64,000 nt of DNA from Squalus acanthias (Eukaryota). The translations under genes and the position numbers were made by a program. Location: the NCBI GenBank assembly GCA_030390025.1, contig CM059432.1, positions 90,708,001 through 90,772,000 of the forward strand. Direction: 5' to 3'. This document shows, one piece after another, positions 13,150 through 27,030 of the stretch (position 1 is its first letter; the number at the start of each line of letters is the position of its first letter). Under the pieces are notes generated by a model that was not told the DNA's origin, made no database searches, and saw only the letters and a program-made list of their open reading frames with translations.

Positions 13150-16100
13150 TGGGGGCAATTTTAACCCTACTCGCTCAACAGAAACCTGGCAGGTGGGCAG
13201 TTAAAATTGCCCTGGCTCTTACCTGTCCAAAAGCCGCCATGATCCCATCATCTGCACTTTTAACCTGCTCTCCTAAGCAGGCAGCAAGGACACGAGTCCG
13301 GAACCAACAGGGTCCTTCTTTACATATGCATATTGCGGCCCAATGACATCATTGAGACCAGACTGTAACTTTAACTCAGGCCTGAGCTGGGAATCCACCT
13401 GGAGCTAAAATCGTGGCCATACTCTCATCGCTCTCTCTCAGCTTAGTAGATTTTCTAAAAGCTACAACAGGTGTCCTTGAAAAATTCTCACCTTGGTCCT
13501 CAGAATCCCACCACGATCAGCCCCAACACCAACATCACCAGGCACACCAGCATCACCAACAACAACACCAACCTTCTCCGCAATCACCTGATGCTGCACA
13601 GGACACAGGGCATCAGCACCCAAGCACATTGCTGCCCGGGAGGCCAGGGATGGCCTCACCATGCCAGATTAACTTCACTTGACGCTGTACACCCTGGCTG
13701 CCACCTGATGCGCCAGGTTGGCACCACCCCACATCAACACCATAAAGCATCCCTACAATTCCCAAGCCATTCCTTTCACACTCATCACCATTGCGGGGGG
13801 GTGACGTTCTGTCTCACCATTCACTGCAACTCACTAAGCCACTTCCAAAGGTGCACACAAATCTGTCCAAGAAACATAGAAAAATAGGAGCAGGAGTAGA
13901 CCATTCAGCCCGTCAAGCCTGCTCCGCCATTCAATATGATCATGGCTGATCCTCTATCTCAATACCATATTCCCGCTCTCTCCCCATACCCCTTGATGCC
14001 TTTTGTGTCTAGAAATCTATCTATCTCCTTCTTAAATATATTCAGTGACTTGACCTCCACAACCTTCTGTGGTAGAGAATTCCACAGGTTCACCACCCTC
14101 TGAGTGAAGAAATTTCTCCTCAACTCAGTCCTAAATGTCCTACCCCGTATCCTGAGACTGTGACCCCTCGTTCTAGACCCCCCAGCCAGGGGAAACATCC
14201 TCCCTGCATCCAGTCTGTCTAGTCCTGTCAGAATTTTATACGTTTCAATGAGATCCCCTCTCATTCTTCTAAACTCTAGTGAATACAGGCCTAGTCGACC
14301 CAATCTCTCCTCATACGACAGTCCTGCCATCCCAGGAATCAGTCTGGTGAACCTTCGCTGCACTCCCTCTATGGCAAGTATATCCTTTCTTAGGTAAGGA
14401 GACCAAAACTGCACACAGTACTCCAGATGTGGTCTCACCAAGGCCCTGTATAACTGGAGTAAGACATCCTTGCCCCTGTACTCAAATCCTCATGCAATGA
14501 AGGCCAACATACCATTTGCCTTCCTAACTGCTTGCTGCACCTGCATGTTTGCTTTCAGTGACTGGTGTACAAGGACACCCAGGTCCCTTTGTACATCAAC
14601 ATTTCCCAATCTATCACCATTTAAATAATACTGTGCCTTTCTGTTTTTCCTACCGAAGTGGATAACTTCACATTTATCCACGTTATACTGCATCTGCCAT
14701 GTATTTGCTCACTCACTCAACTTGTCTAAATCGCCTTGAAGCCTCTTTGCTGCATCCTCACAACTCACAATCCCACCTAGTTTCGTGTTGTCAGCAAACT
14801 TGGAAATATTACATTTGGTTCCCTCATCCAAATCATTGACATATATTGTGAATAGCTGGGGCCCAAGTACTGATCCCTGCGGTACCCCACTAGTTACCGA
14901 TTGCCACCCCGAAAAAGACCCATTCATTCCTACTCTCTGTTTCCTGTCTGTTAACCAATTTTCAATCCATGCCAGTATATTACCCCCAATCCCATGTGCT
15001 TTAATTTTGCACACTAACCTCTTATGTGGGACTTTATCAAAGGCCTTCTGAAAATCCAAATACACCACATCCACTGGTTCTCCCTTATCTATTCTATCTT
15101 CTATGTTTCTATATCTATTCTACCAGTTACATCCTCAAAAAACTCCAGTAGGTTTGTCAAACACGATTTCCCTTTCATAAATCCATGTTGACTTTGTCTA
15201 ATCCCGTTGATATTTTCTCAGTGTCCTGTTATCACATCCTTTATAATAGACTCTAGCATTTTCCCTACTACTGATGTTAGGCTAACCGGCCTGTAGTTCC
15301 CTGTTTTCTCTCTCCCTCCTTTTTTAAATAGTGGGGTTACATTTGCCACCCTCCAATCTGCAGGAACTGTTCCATAATCTATAGAATTTTGGAAGATGAC
15401 AACCAATGCATCCACTATTTCCATGGCTACCTCTTTTAGTACTCTGGGATGCAAATTATCAGGCCCTGGGGATTTATCGGCTTTCAGTCCCATTAATTTC
15501 TCCAGCACTATTTTTTTACTAATACTAATTTCCTTTAATTCCTCCTCCTCACTAGACCCTTGGTTGCCTAGCATTTCTGGGAAGTTATTTGTGTCCTCTT
15601 CCATGAAGGCAGAACCGAAGTATTTGTTTAATTGCTCTGCCATTTCCTTGTTCCCCATTATAAGTTCTCCCGTTTCTGACTGTAAGAAGGCAAAGTGTTG
15701 AAAATAAAGATTTCAATGTTTGACAACACATTAACAGAAACTTTACATGAATATTGGCGATAAGACCCAACTGCCTACCCTTGTGTGTTGTTAGTTGGTA
15801 TGATTGGACAAGGATGAGGGTGAATGTGAGGGGTGGCTAGTGAGATGGGGAAATGATAATGTAGATAAAGAGGGATGGGTGGAGGCGCAAGGTAAGTTGG
15901 TGTGAGTAAGGATGCGCAGGAGTAGGGTAGGGAAGGTAGAGGGATGGGGATGTGATGAGAGGCACAGTAGGATGAGGCTGAGTGTAGCTTTGCAGTAACT
16001 TTTCATGATCTACTGAGATAATTGAAAGGTTTGTGCCACTGCAGCCAGGTCCTACTGATGACATCCCTGCTTGTGTCCTCCTGTGCAATGTGCAACCTGG

Positions 16101-16500
16101 GGAGGTCTCTTCTGCTTATTGGAAGGAAAGGGAAAAGAACCTCCCTGCGTGCTGTGACTGCCTCCATAAGCATATGGAGGGAGTAATGGGAGAGCCTGGA
16201 TGCAGCCGTGCACCTTTATGCAGTGCTTGTCAATGTTTGCAGCACCTCAATGCTGCAGAACACTGACAGAGCAACTGTCAAAATCAATGTGTCCATGGTC
16301 CCTTTAAGGAAACCGGCTGATGACGCGTCATCAAATGACATCATCAGACTCGCTTCCTATTAATTGGCCAGGAACCTCGCAGGGCAGACTTAAGAAGCCC
16401 CATCAACAGAAAATCTTGTTGGAGGCCGGGATCGAGACAGATGCGGGGTCCCCACATGCCATGGACGTCGCCCGCCACGGACCCGCTGAGGTTGGAAAAG
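13150..16500. mobile_element. Decayed, internally deleted Harbinger interrupted by a CR1
   Basis: GGGGCAATTTTAACC TIR at about 13150. Q/H-rich transposase N-terminus (13500-13640) resembles 19370-19500. Myb exon 1 remnant at about 15990-16220. Confidence 0.6.
13871..15683 (-). mobile_element. CR1 LINE, 5'-truncated, RT with stops and frameshifts
   Basis: ORFs 15218-15658, 14709-15074, 14490-14693 and 13959-14441 are colinear with the RT at 41258-42997. Confidence 0.95.
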
Positions 16501-16502
16501 TC

Positions 16503-17335
16503 CTATGTGTGTAGATGGGAGCAGGAAATTGCAAAGGGCCATAGACTAAGTGAGTGAGCAAAACTGTGGCAGATGGAGATTAATGTGGGGAAGTTTGAGG
16601 TGAACCACTTTGGATGTGAGAAAGATAAATCGGTATATTTTATTAACGGTGAGAGACTAGGAGCTGTGGAGGAGCAAATGGATTTGAGTGTCCCTGTACA
16701 CAAATCACTAAAAACTAGTACAAAGGTACAAAAAGTAATCAAAAAGGCTAATGTAATGTTGGGTCTTATCTCATGAGTGTTAGACTACAAAAGTGAGTAA
16801 GTGATGCTTCAGTTGTACAGAGCCTTGGTCAGATCCCATCTGGAATTCTGCATTCAGTTTTGGACACCGAACTTGAGGAAAGATATATTGGCCTTGAAAG
16901 GTACAAGTGCAGGTTCATCAGAATTACACCAGGATTAAAGTGTTAAATTATGAGGACGGTTTGCATAAACTTGGTTTGTATTCCTTGACTTTAGCAGGTT
17001 GATGGATGATCTAATCAAGGTGTTTAAAACGATAAGGGGGATTGATTTCCTCTGGTGGGGAATGCAGAACAAGAGGGGAGAATCCTAAAATTAGAGTGAG
17101 GCTATTTAGGAGTGAAATAAGTAAGCAAAGGGTAGTGGAAATCTGGAACTCACTCCCCAAAAGGCTATGGACGCTGGGTCAATTGAAATTTTCAAGACTG
17201 AACTTTTTATTGGGTAATGGTATCAGGGGATATGGAACAAAGGCGGATAAATAGAGTTCAGGCATAGATCAGCCATGATCTAATTGAATAATAGAACAGG
17301 ATTGAGGGGCTGAATGGTCTACTGTTCCTATGTAC
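16503..17335 (+). mobile_element. Old degenerate CR1 LINE 3' fragment
   Basis: EINVGKFEVNHFG...QKVIKKANVMLGLIS; CR1 3' UTR ending ...GTTCCTATG. Confidence 0.85.
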
Positions 17336-17464
17336 CATCTTGTACTTAGTTGACATTATTTGCCTTTGAAAGGCCTCAGCCTTCCATAGCTTGAAATGCC
17401 ATTGTTTTATATTTAAAAAAACACACAGGTGGAAAAGTGTTTGTAATTGCCGTTGTCTTTATAG

Positions 17465-17711
17465 GCAATATGGAAAAGAGATGATCTCCTGCGGAAATCA
17501 GAGGCTGATCTCCTGCAGTCTCGAGAAAATATCAAAGAGAAAGTGGCAGAGGTGGAAGCTTTGGACATCATAGCCAAGGGCCTGAGAGTGGGAATGAAGG
17601 GATTACAGAATCATAAGAGACAGATTGAAAAAGAAAATACAACACTGCGAACAGAGATTCAGCAGCTAAACCAGGAGCTGCTCAATATCCATCAACAGTA
17701 CAGGGAGAAGG
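17465..17711 (+). CDS. Host gene coding exon B (coiled-coil)
   Basis: Acceptor CTTTATAG|GCA, donor AAGG|GTAAGC. 247 nt, phase 0 to 1. Encodes AIWKRDDLLRKSEADLLQSRENIKEKVAEVEALDII...NIHQQYREK. Phase matches exon A. Confidence 0.88.
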
Positions 17712-19329
17712 GTAAGCATTTTCTTCTAAAATAAAGTACATTACTATATAGATAGTGCAGTGGCTGTAGCTTTCTGTAGCTTTGAAAGTTATCTTTTGCA
17801 TGCAACACTGATGTTAAAAAGTCATTGGCTAGACTTGTAACTATCACCGCGGAGCGGTCAACTGGCAGTAGCTGATTGGCTGCCTTCAATGAAAGGAAAA
17901 TCGGATGAAGTGTATAATGGGCGCCCCATCCACTACCGGCAGTTTTCCGGCCAGTTGCAAAAGTTAAATTCTGCTCCTTAGTTTCAAAACTGAGCTTATT
18001 TGCAGTTGCAGTTTCATCTATTTAAAGATACTCATTTGCTTTGTATAGACTGGGGAAATTACGGTAAAGTGACAAAACTTCATGAATTGTAGGGCTGTGA
18101 AAAACAGTCCGTAGTATAGAACAGCCACTTCAGGAATGTAATGAAAGTGCTGAGAAATTCATTGAACTGAATGGGAAATTTACCATGTAGATGGAGGGAT
18201 GACATCACCAACAGGCATTTTACAGGCAACAAAAGTTTCTGCTTGCACTCATATAATTGTGTTTTTATACTGTTGCTGAGGACCAGTTGTATTAATTTCT
18301 GTTTCTTTCACCCCCTCGCAAAATGTGCTGACACACACAGCTAAAAATTAAGAAACCATTAGAATGTATGCTGCAGTGAAATAGTTTGATACTGTTAAAG
18401 TTCTCAAATTAATAGATGACTTATAAATTGCATTGTCAGATTGCTATTGAAAAGGATTCTATGACTCTACAAATATATTATTATAGTTGTAGGTTTTTCT
18501 GCATCTTCTAGCCTATTTTGTTGGAAATGTTTAATTTCACTATCAGTCTTTAACTGTTGTGAAATGGAGGCATGATAAATATTTGAATCAACTGATGAAT
18601 AAACTTAAAGAGCTTACAAATGTAAATATTTTACATCAATTTCACAATGTTGTGAGAATATTGGCCTGGATTTTGCTGTGAGCGACGAAGGAGCGTTTTT
18701 TGCCATTCACCTCGCGTGCAGTTGCCCAAAGACGTTTAGCGGGATTGTCAACAAAGACTTCAAGTCATCCAGCGTCTCTTCAGATTGAAGAATCCTCACT
18801 GAGACATGTAGGCTGCAAATTTAATTGACCTCAGAGGGCAGGTTTGGAGGCGGGTCTGTTGTGAAAATCGTAAAACTTGGGGGCGGGCTGCGAACCCGCC
18901 TCCACGCGACTTTGGGAAGTGTCGGGTCAGCCGCTCCCGAACTGACCCGACACCAAACGGCAGGAAAGGCAGTTAACAGATCGTTAACTGCCTGGATAAT
19001 CCTATTTTAAAGGCCTGATCTAATTTTGGAGGTTTTTCACCATGCTGCCCGCCTTCATAAAAACACGCCAGGTGAATCGAGCAGGGTTGAGCTAGGACCT
19101 GAATTGTTGCCAGCTGCTCAAGCAGCTTAAAAGTGGTCCTGCAATCTCTCATTCTTTCACATATCACAACTTAGTGGTTTGAGGTTTTGGAGACATTTTG
19201 CAGCTCAACTAATCTTATGAGTGTTGAGGCTGAAATCCATCTGCTGTGTGACCTCCTTGGAATACCCTCTGGCCACTTTGTCTGAGCGCACACAACCTCC
19301 ATTCCTTGACTGAGATATATACCCGCGGT

Positions 19330-20541
19330 ATGGGAACCATTTATATCCTCTCATTCTGGTCGTCAGATTTGGAGGGACAGCAGCCGCGGCAGCAGCACAA
19401 CCAGGCACAGCAGCAGCACGAACAGCAGGAGCGCCAACCTTCTCCTCAGCCACCTGATGATGCACAGGGCAGAGGCGTCAGCGCAGACCTGCACCTCGCT
19501 GCAGGAGAAACCCCCAACACCGGCTTTACAGGCAGAGGATCAGCTTCCTCAACATGAGTGAGCAGCAGTGCCAAAGGAGGCTGAGACTTCCATGAGACGT
19601 AGTCGCTGACATCTGCGCAATGCTGCACCAACACCTGGAGCCCAGAGGAACGGGTGGACACCCCTTACCAGTGGCTCTCAAAGTCACCACCGCACTCAAC
19701 TTCTTTGCTTCGGGCTCCTTCCAGGGATCATCTGCAGACATCAGCGGCATCTCCCAGTCGGCCGCACACGCCTGCATCACGCAGGTTACCGATGCCCTCT
19801 TTGCAAAGGCGCACAATTACATCCACTTTTCCACGGATGAAGCAAGTGTAACCACGCGTGCGGTTGGCTTTACAAATCTGGCAGGATTCCCAAGGGTGCA
19901 GGGCGTCGTAGATTGCACCCATGTGGCCATTAGGGCATCCCATCACAACCCAGCTGTTATTTTCAACCGCAAGGCCTTCCACTCCCTTCACATCCTGCTG
20001 GTGTGTAACCACAGGAACATTATGCATGTTTACGCCAAGTACTCTAGCAGTTGCCATGACTCCTTCATCCTGCGGCAGTCTACTGTGCCTCAGATCTTCA
20101 ATCCGCCAACCCAACATTCCAGATGGCTACTTGGCGACAAGGGCTATCCCCTGAAAAAGTGGCTCAGGACACCGATGAGGAGGCCATCAAACGAGGCTGA
20201 GGAGCGCTACAATGTGAGTCACATATCCACCAGAAGCATCCTAGAGCAAACCATCGGCTTGCTCAAAATGCGATTCCGATGCCTCGACAGATCTGGTGGA
20301 GCCCTGCAGTATGCACCAGCCAGGATGTCCAGAATCATCATTGTCTGCTGTGCCCTGCACAACATCGCACAGCAGCGTTGCTTAGCGCTTCCTGAGGAAC
20401 AAGTGACTCAGCGCAGAAGAAGAGGACGAGGACGAGGAGGAGGCACACCTTGCGGGGCCGGATGTGACCAATGCAGCAGCACTCAAGCTCATTGCTGGCC
20501 GTCACGCAAGGGATGCACTCATCCATGCCAGATTCATGTAA
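19330..20541 (+). pseudogene. Harbinger (HARBI1-like) DDE transposase of H2
   Basis: [48 protein letters not shown]. Premature stop near 19593 and a frameshift near 20410. Confidence 0.9.
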
Positions 20542-20869
20542 GCTTACGCTTCAACCACAGGTGGCTAGCATATGTCTATGAATGTGTGGACGACCTTCTT
20601 AAAACACCATAACATCATCTCTCCAATAAACAGTACTTTCCTATCACTTTCACCATCATCATTACAAATGCAAGTCGTCCTGAGCCCTCAATGTGCAACT
20701 TCCATTTCCCAGAACACACAGGCCAGAACTTCAACTGTTTGCCATCAATTTTGTTTAATACAATCACAAAAGGCTGACAATGGCAAATATACAACAGAAC
20801 AAAATACAACAGAACAAAACACCCAAGTGATTACCCTTGTGACTATTTGTGTGTTAGCTTCCACTTACG

Positions 20870-22721
20870 CGTGCTTCTACTCAGCAGATGTAGAGGCGCC
20901 TTGCTCACTTTGATGCCTTTGGCAGGCGTCCTCTGGGTTTGGGAACCTAGGAGAGCTCTGCAACAGTCCGCTCTTCTTGCGGCTGTGCAGGGGCTGAGAC
21001 GGCCATCTCAGTTGGGTGAGGACTCTGGGGCTCTGACCGAGGGCTCTGCAGTGGCATGGTCATGTGAGCGTTTGGAGAGGAGCCCACACTTCCTGGTTGT
21101 CGACCACCAACATCGCTCTCATGGGTCACCCGTGCTTCAGTGCTAGCAAGTGGCTGGAGAGCACCTTGCTGCACATCAGTGGGGCCATGAGGACCCGTCT
21201 CAGTACTGACAATCCTCATACCGGGGACGTCCATGTACCTCTGGTGTCTCTCCTCAATAGATGCCCATCTATCCCCCATAGCAGACCATCTATTAAGAAG
21301 AGTTACCATGTTTTCGTGTGTCTGGCGACTTATGTCCTCCAAGGAGGTTGCCACCCTCTCCATGGCGGCACGTTCATGCACCATTGCCTGCACAAAGGCA
21401 GTGCTCATGTTGGAGATGGACTCCTCCATTCTCTCCACACTCACAGTTACCCTGGATGCAAACCCTGTCAGACCCTGTCAGAGACTCCTGCACTTGTTCC
21501 TGGAGTTCCAGCACCACTCTCTTTCTGGATGGCCCCAGAGGCACAGCGTCTACATGCAGCTGAGCAGAGTTAGGAGGGTCCTGCGACCTCCGACGAGGAC
21601 TCTCCACTGCTGTCGCTGTCTCCACCATCTGCTGATGCTCACTTGTGAGCTTTGATACACCAGGTGACAACACTACTCTATGTCGCGAAGGCCCCGCTGA
21701 GGTGTGCATATCTGCGCTGGTGCTGGGTGCGCTGAGTCCTGGTGACGCTGCTCCCTCAGAGGCTGCAGGTTCCTCTGACAAGTCGTCTGGCTCTTCCTCC
21801 TGGACAGTGGGTAGGGGGGCGCTCGATGGTCCTGTGGGAGAGTAAAGGCATGAGTTAGACATCTGATTATTAGGTAGCAGACACATCCTTTTGTGCAGAT
21901 GATACAAAGTGAATCTCTATGAACATCATATGCCATTGCAGTCAATCATGAAATCTAAATGAGAGGGATGAAACTCTATTCTGTCACCAGCTTCCTCTAG
22001 TGCGCCCGTCTCTCCGTCCCCCACTTCCAGCTCCTCACCACCTCCCACGATCTCATGCGCAGCCTCCTCAGCACTTGTCAATGTCGCCAAGGATGGAGCC
22101 CCTCCTCCTGTCTTTGCTCTCTCCCTCTTATTGTGGGCTATCTTTTCCTGCAAGGAGGGACACAAGTGGAGGTTCAGCGAGAGTGATGGAGTGACTGTGA
22201 AGAATCCATAACATAGAAGCTTAGAGGGAGACCAAGATGGAGTGAAGTGCCAAGAGGAAACTGCCTCCCTGTGAGTTGTTAGTTGTTGTCATTGCATAAC
22301 AGTGAGTGTGAGGGGTGCATAGTAGGATGGGGAAATGATTCAGTACAGAGAGAGATGGATAGGTGAGGGTGCAAGGGAAGTAGTGTAAGGTGGGATGTGA
22401 AGGAGCAGGTTTATAAAGCAGAATGCTGGTGATGAGAAGAGAAGGGAAGCAGATTGAAGGTAAGTGTGATGTGATACTCACTTTTGCTGATCGCAGAAGA
22501 TCATTAAACCGTTTCTGGCACTGGATCCAGGTGCATGAACAAATGGACCTTGTGCTTACCTCCTCAGCAATGTGCAGCCAGGCTGCCTTTGTTTGCTGAG
22601 GAGGCTTCATCCGGCTATCGGGAGGGAACAGAATCTCCCTGCACCCTCTTACTCCCTCCACAAGAGCCTGGAGGGAGTCCTCATTAAAACATGGAGCAGC
22701 CTTCGGTTTTGCACCACTCAT
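20870..22721 (-). pseudogene. Myb/SANT-like gene of H2 (exons 22721-22482, 22147-21988, 21831 to about 20870)
   Basis: APCFNEDSLQALVEGV...WIQCQKRFNDL | EKIAHNKRERAKTGGG | acidic region then coiled coil. A 10-bp duplication (ACCCTGTCAG x2, 21462-21481) shifts the frame, and there is a CAG>TAG change at 20947 relative to H1. Confidence 0.85.
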
Positions 22722-23001
22722 TGTGGCCTTGGCACACTCAGAGACCAGCAGAAACGAGAAATGAAAGGCTGAGGCTGCATGGGACCCTTAAAAACATCTG
22801 CAGCAATGACGTCATCAGAGGCGACTAACAGACCCGATCCCAGTCATTAGACCGGCCAGCGCGCACCACAGCACTTAAGGGGCCAATTAAATTAAAATTT
22901 CAATTCGGGAGTGGCTTAAACCGGCATCGGGCCCGGAACCCGCCCACCAGGCAACCCGACTCCAACCCACCTCCTCCATTAAATTCGCGGCCATAGACTG
23001 C

Positions 23002-25297
23002 TGTAGAGATTTGTGTATCTCTGGTTAACAGGATTGAGTGCAAACCAATATGGTGGGTATATTGTGTTTAATCGGAGTTTAGGACGGAATATAACACACT
23101 AGTTATACAGCAAATACATACGGCCGTGACAAGTAGCTGGTACCACTGGCTGGAGTCATACCTAGCACAAAGGAAGATGGTTGTGGTTGAAGGTCAATCA
23201 TCACAGCCCCAGGACATCGCTGCAGGAGTTCCTCAGGGCAGTGTCCTCGGCCCAACCATCTTCAGCTGCTTCATCAATGACCTTCCCTCCAACATAAGGG
23301 GTCAGAAATGGGGATGTTTGCTGATAACTGTACAGTGTTCAGTGCCATTCACAACTCCTCGGATAATGAAGCAGTCCATGCCCGCATGCAACAAGACCTA
23401 GATGACGTTCAGGCTTGGGCTGATAAGTGGCAGGTAACATTCGCGCCACAGAAGTGCCAGGCAATGACTATCTCCAACAAGCGAGAGTCTAACCACCTTC
23501 CCTTGACATTCAACGGCATTACCATTGCCGAATCCCCCACCATCAACATCCTGGGGGTCACCATTGACCAGAAACTTAACTGGACTAGCCACATAAATAC
23601 TGTGGCAACAAGAGCAGGTCAGAGGCTAGGTATTCCGTGGCGAGTGTCTCACCTCCTGACTCCCCAAAGCCTTTCCACCATCTACAAGGCACAAGTAAGG
23701 AGTGTGATGGAATACTCTCCACTTGCCTGGATGAGTGCAGCTCCAACAACACTCGAGAAGCTCGACACCATCCAGGACAAAGCAGCCCACATGATTGGCA
23801 CTCCATCCACCACCTTAAACATTCACTCCCTCCACCTGCGGCATACCCTGGCTGCAGTGTGTACCATCTACAAGATGCACTGCAGCAACTCGCCAAGGCT
23901 TCTTCGGCAGCACCTCCCAAACCCGCGACCTCTTCCACCTAGAAGGACAAGGGCAGCAGGCACATGGGAACACCACCACATCCAAGTTTCCCTCCAAGTC
24001 ACACACCATCCTGACTTAGAAGTATATCGTTCATCCTTCATTGTCGCTGGGTCAAAATCCTAGTACTCCCTCCCTAACAGCACTGTGGGAGTACCTTCAC
24101 CACACGGACTGCAGCGGTTCAAGAAGGCAGCTCACCGACACCTTCTCAAGGGCAATTAGGGATGGGCAATAAATGCTGGCGTTGCCAGCGACGCCCACAT
24201 CCCATAAACGAATTTTAAAAAACAGACCTGATCGGACAGACGGCTGGCGGCACGAACAACTCTTATTCGTTCTCCTTCTTGCCTCACATGTTTCTCTCTC
24301 TCTTTCACTGAACTACCCAAAAGTGTTAGACTAGGGTCCGCATGGGTCCACTCTCTGAAGAGTGTTAGATCACTGTTTCCACTCTTGGGAACCCCTCGCT
24401 CCACGGCTGAGCTAAGAGTTCTTTAGCTCTTCCTTTTATTCTCTTTTTAGGGCTGGGCCTGAGTTAGGATATAGACAAGACCATTTAACCTATAGAGGTT
24501 CCCCTTAAAACAAGTTGCCCAATGGCATGTCGAGTTCTTTGTCTAAATCTACAGATGAAGACCCTCCCTCAAGGGGTCTTCACAACCATTACACATGCTT
24601 TCTGTACTTGACCAATCATGGCCTTACAGCATGTTGAGGACTGTCTTCCCTGATCTCATCCTGTCTTGTCCCCCCTGGTGCAGCCAGTGCGTGTACCAGG
24701 CACAGCTTTGGGCCATTAAATCAGAGGCCCAAGCCAGAGCTGTCTTACTCAACCAGCCACCATCCAAACTATCTCCCCTTAATCTAACAGACTATTCCAT
24801 CTTGAGATGGTACCTTAACACCCATAAATTCCTTCTATTCTATGTCCTTTATACTAATTAACCTTTAATTATCTTCGCAAGCAGTTCTGTTAAACAAACT
24901 CCAAATTCTAGCTTAGCATTATAATCTGGTTATTAGTAATAATGGAAGGTGGATAATAGGTTGGGCCTTCATTTGCCAAATTAAAGACACAACAACAGAA
25001 TTAGAATCCTAAACTTCCAAACAACAGACAGCTCGCCTGGCAGGGCAAGGCCATGCTATGGGCCCGTGTGTGGAATGTTATTCCTCATCTAATCTAACTA
25101 ACTGAAGATATTTTGTCTCAATGTCTAATACAAGCCTCCAGGAAAACGAAACTCACACAGTTCTAGTAAAACACAACTTATACATTAACCCCTTACTTAT
25201 CTCGAGCACTAATACAATCATTTAAACACAATATTATTCGCGTTACAGTTTCATTCGCATAACCATATATATTTTTAGGCACCCCTAGTTTCTAACA
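23002..25297. mobile_element. Solo LTR (about 1.2 kb net) interrupted by a LINE
   Basis: TGTAGAGA...TTTCTAACA termini with a perfect 4-bp duplication CTGC (22998-23001 and 25298-25301). Confidence 0.75.
23140..24222 (+). mobile_element. CR1/L2-group LINE (Crack/Daphne-like, distinct from the main CR1), 5'-truncated
   Basis: [60 protein letters not shown]. Further copies at 34930-36520 and 51345-51570. Confidence 0.85.
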
Positions 25298-25624
25298 CTG
25301 CAAAGCAGGAAGTAACAAACAGGAAATATGAATTACATTTAAATCATTGTACAGGAAGCGAAATAAAGATTGGGACATACACATAGGATTAAGGGAAAGA
25401 CATAAGAGAGATAAACAGAAAAACTATTAAAAAAATATATTTTAATTTTTATCTTTTTTAAAAGCTGCAACATTCATTTTCTTCTGAGGGAACTAGACGC
25501 CACACTTTTAGAATTATGTTTTGAGGGCCAGAGAGGTTGTTCAGCAGTAATTATCACTTACTACACTGTTTAAAAACTCATTTACACCTGATTGTACAAG
25601 ACCTAACTTTTTCACTGTTTTTAC

Positions 25625-26530
25625 ATAGAATTACATAGAATATACAGCACAGAAACAGGCCATTCAGCCCCACCAGTCCATGCCTGTGATAATGCTGTAC
25701 TCGAGCCTCCTCCTATCCTTCCTCATCTAACTCGATCAGCATAAATCTCTATTCCTTTCTCCCTCATATGGTTGTCTAGCCTCCCCTTAAATGCATCTAT
25801 ACTATTCACCTCAACCACTCCCTGTGGTAGCGAGATCCACATTCTCCCCGCTCTCTGGGTAAAGAAGTTTCTTCTGAATTCCGTATTGGATTTCTTGGTG
25901 ACTATCTTATATTGATGGCCTCTAGTTATGCTCTTCCCCACAAGTGGAAACACTCTCTCTGTATCTACTCTATCAAAACCTTTCATAATTTTAAAGACCT
26001 CAATTAGGTCACCCCTCAGCCTTCTCTTTTCAAGAGAAAAGAGACCCAGCCTGTTCATCCTTTCCTGATAGGTATATCCTCGCATTTCTGGTGTCATCCT
26101 TGTAAATTCTTTTTGCACCCTCTCCAGTGCCTGTTTATCCTTTTTATAATATGGCGACCAGAACTGTACGCAGTACTCCAAGTGTGGTCTAACCAAGGTT
26201 CAATACAAGTTTAGCATAACTTCCCTGCTTTTCAATTCTATTCCCCTAGAAATAAACCCCAGTGCTTGGTTTGCTTTTTTATGGCCTTATTAGCCTGCGT
26301 TACTACTTTTAGCGATTTTTGTGTTTGTACTTCCAGCTCCCTTTGCTTCTCTACCCCATTTAGATTCTTATTTTCCAAGTAATATGTGACCTTCTTAATT
26401 TTCACACCAAAATGTAATACGTTGCACTTATCTGTGTTGAAATTCATTTGCCAATTATATGCTCATTCTGCAAGTTTAATAATGTCCTCCCATAATTTGT
26501 TGCAGTCCTCCTCAGTATTGGCTATCCTCC
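25625..26530 (-). mobile_element. CR1 LINE 3' fragment (different subfamily)
   Basis: VRPHLEYCVQFWSPYYKKD...; (TTCTATGTAA)n tail. Confidence 0.9.
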
Positions 26531-27030
26531 CTGCCACCCCCCCGACAACAACTTCCAGATTTCTGCGTTTAACTGCGCATGTGCGGACGGCAGAAGTTGC
26601 TGTCAGTTTTACCCTGTAATAACGGCGAGGCTGTCAGTGCGCGTCGTTATTAGTACAGCAAAATCTGGGCCAATGTATCTCAAGTGCTCTGTGTGAAACA
26701 TAAACAGCAACATAGACTTTACAGCACAGAGGTAGGATGTTTGGCCTATTACACATGTGCCAGTGCTAGCTCTTCAGTTAGAGCTGTCTCCTCTAATCCT
26801 ATTTCCCTGCCCTTTACCCATATGTTTTCATATGCTACCTTTTCAAATATTTATCCAGTTAACTTTTAAATGATGTTATAGTCTGCCTCAATAGGTACTT
26901 GCAGTAAAGCATTCCGTGTTTTAGTAATTCTCTGTGTGCAATAAATTCTTCAAGTTACCCATTTCATTCTTCCAGTAATAGTTCTCAGTCTATGTCCTCT
27001 TGTTAACAATTTGCCAGTCAGTGGAACCTA

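Larger units (their letters stand above)
18811..22992. mobile_element. Full-length Harbinger transposon H2 (4.18 kb, mutated)
   Basis: TIRs GGCTGCAAATTTAAT / ATTAAATTCGCGGCC, flanks GTA/ATA. Convergent transposase (+) and Myb/SANT (-) genes. Confidence 0.9.
18663..26671. mobile_element. Outer Harbinger MITE split by four later insertions
   Basis: TIRs GGCCTGGATTTTGCTGT (18663) and ACAGCAAAATCTGGGCC (ends 26671), consistent with an ancestral GGCCCGG after CpG decay. Flanks ATT/AAT. Confidence 0.65.
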
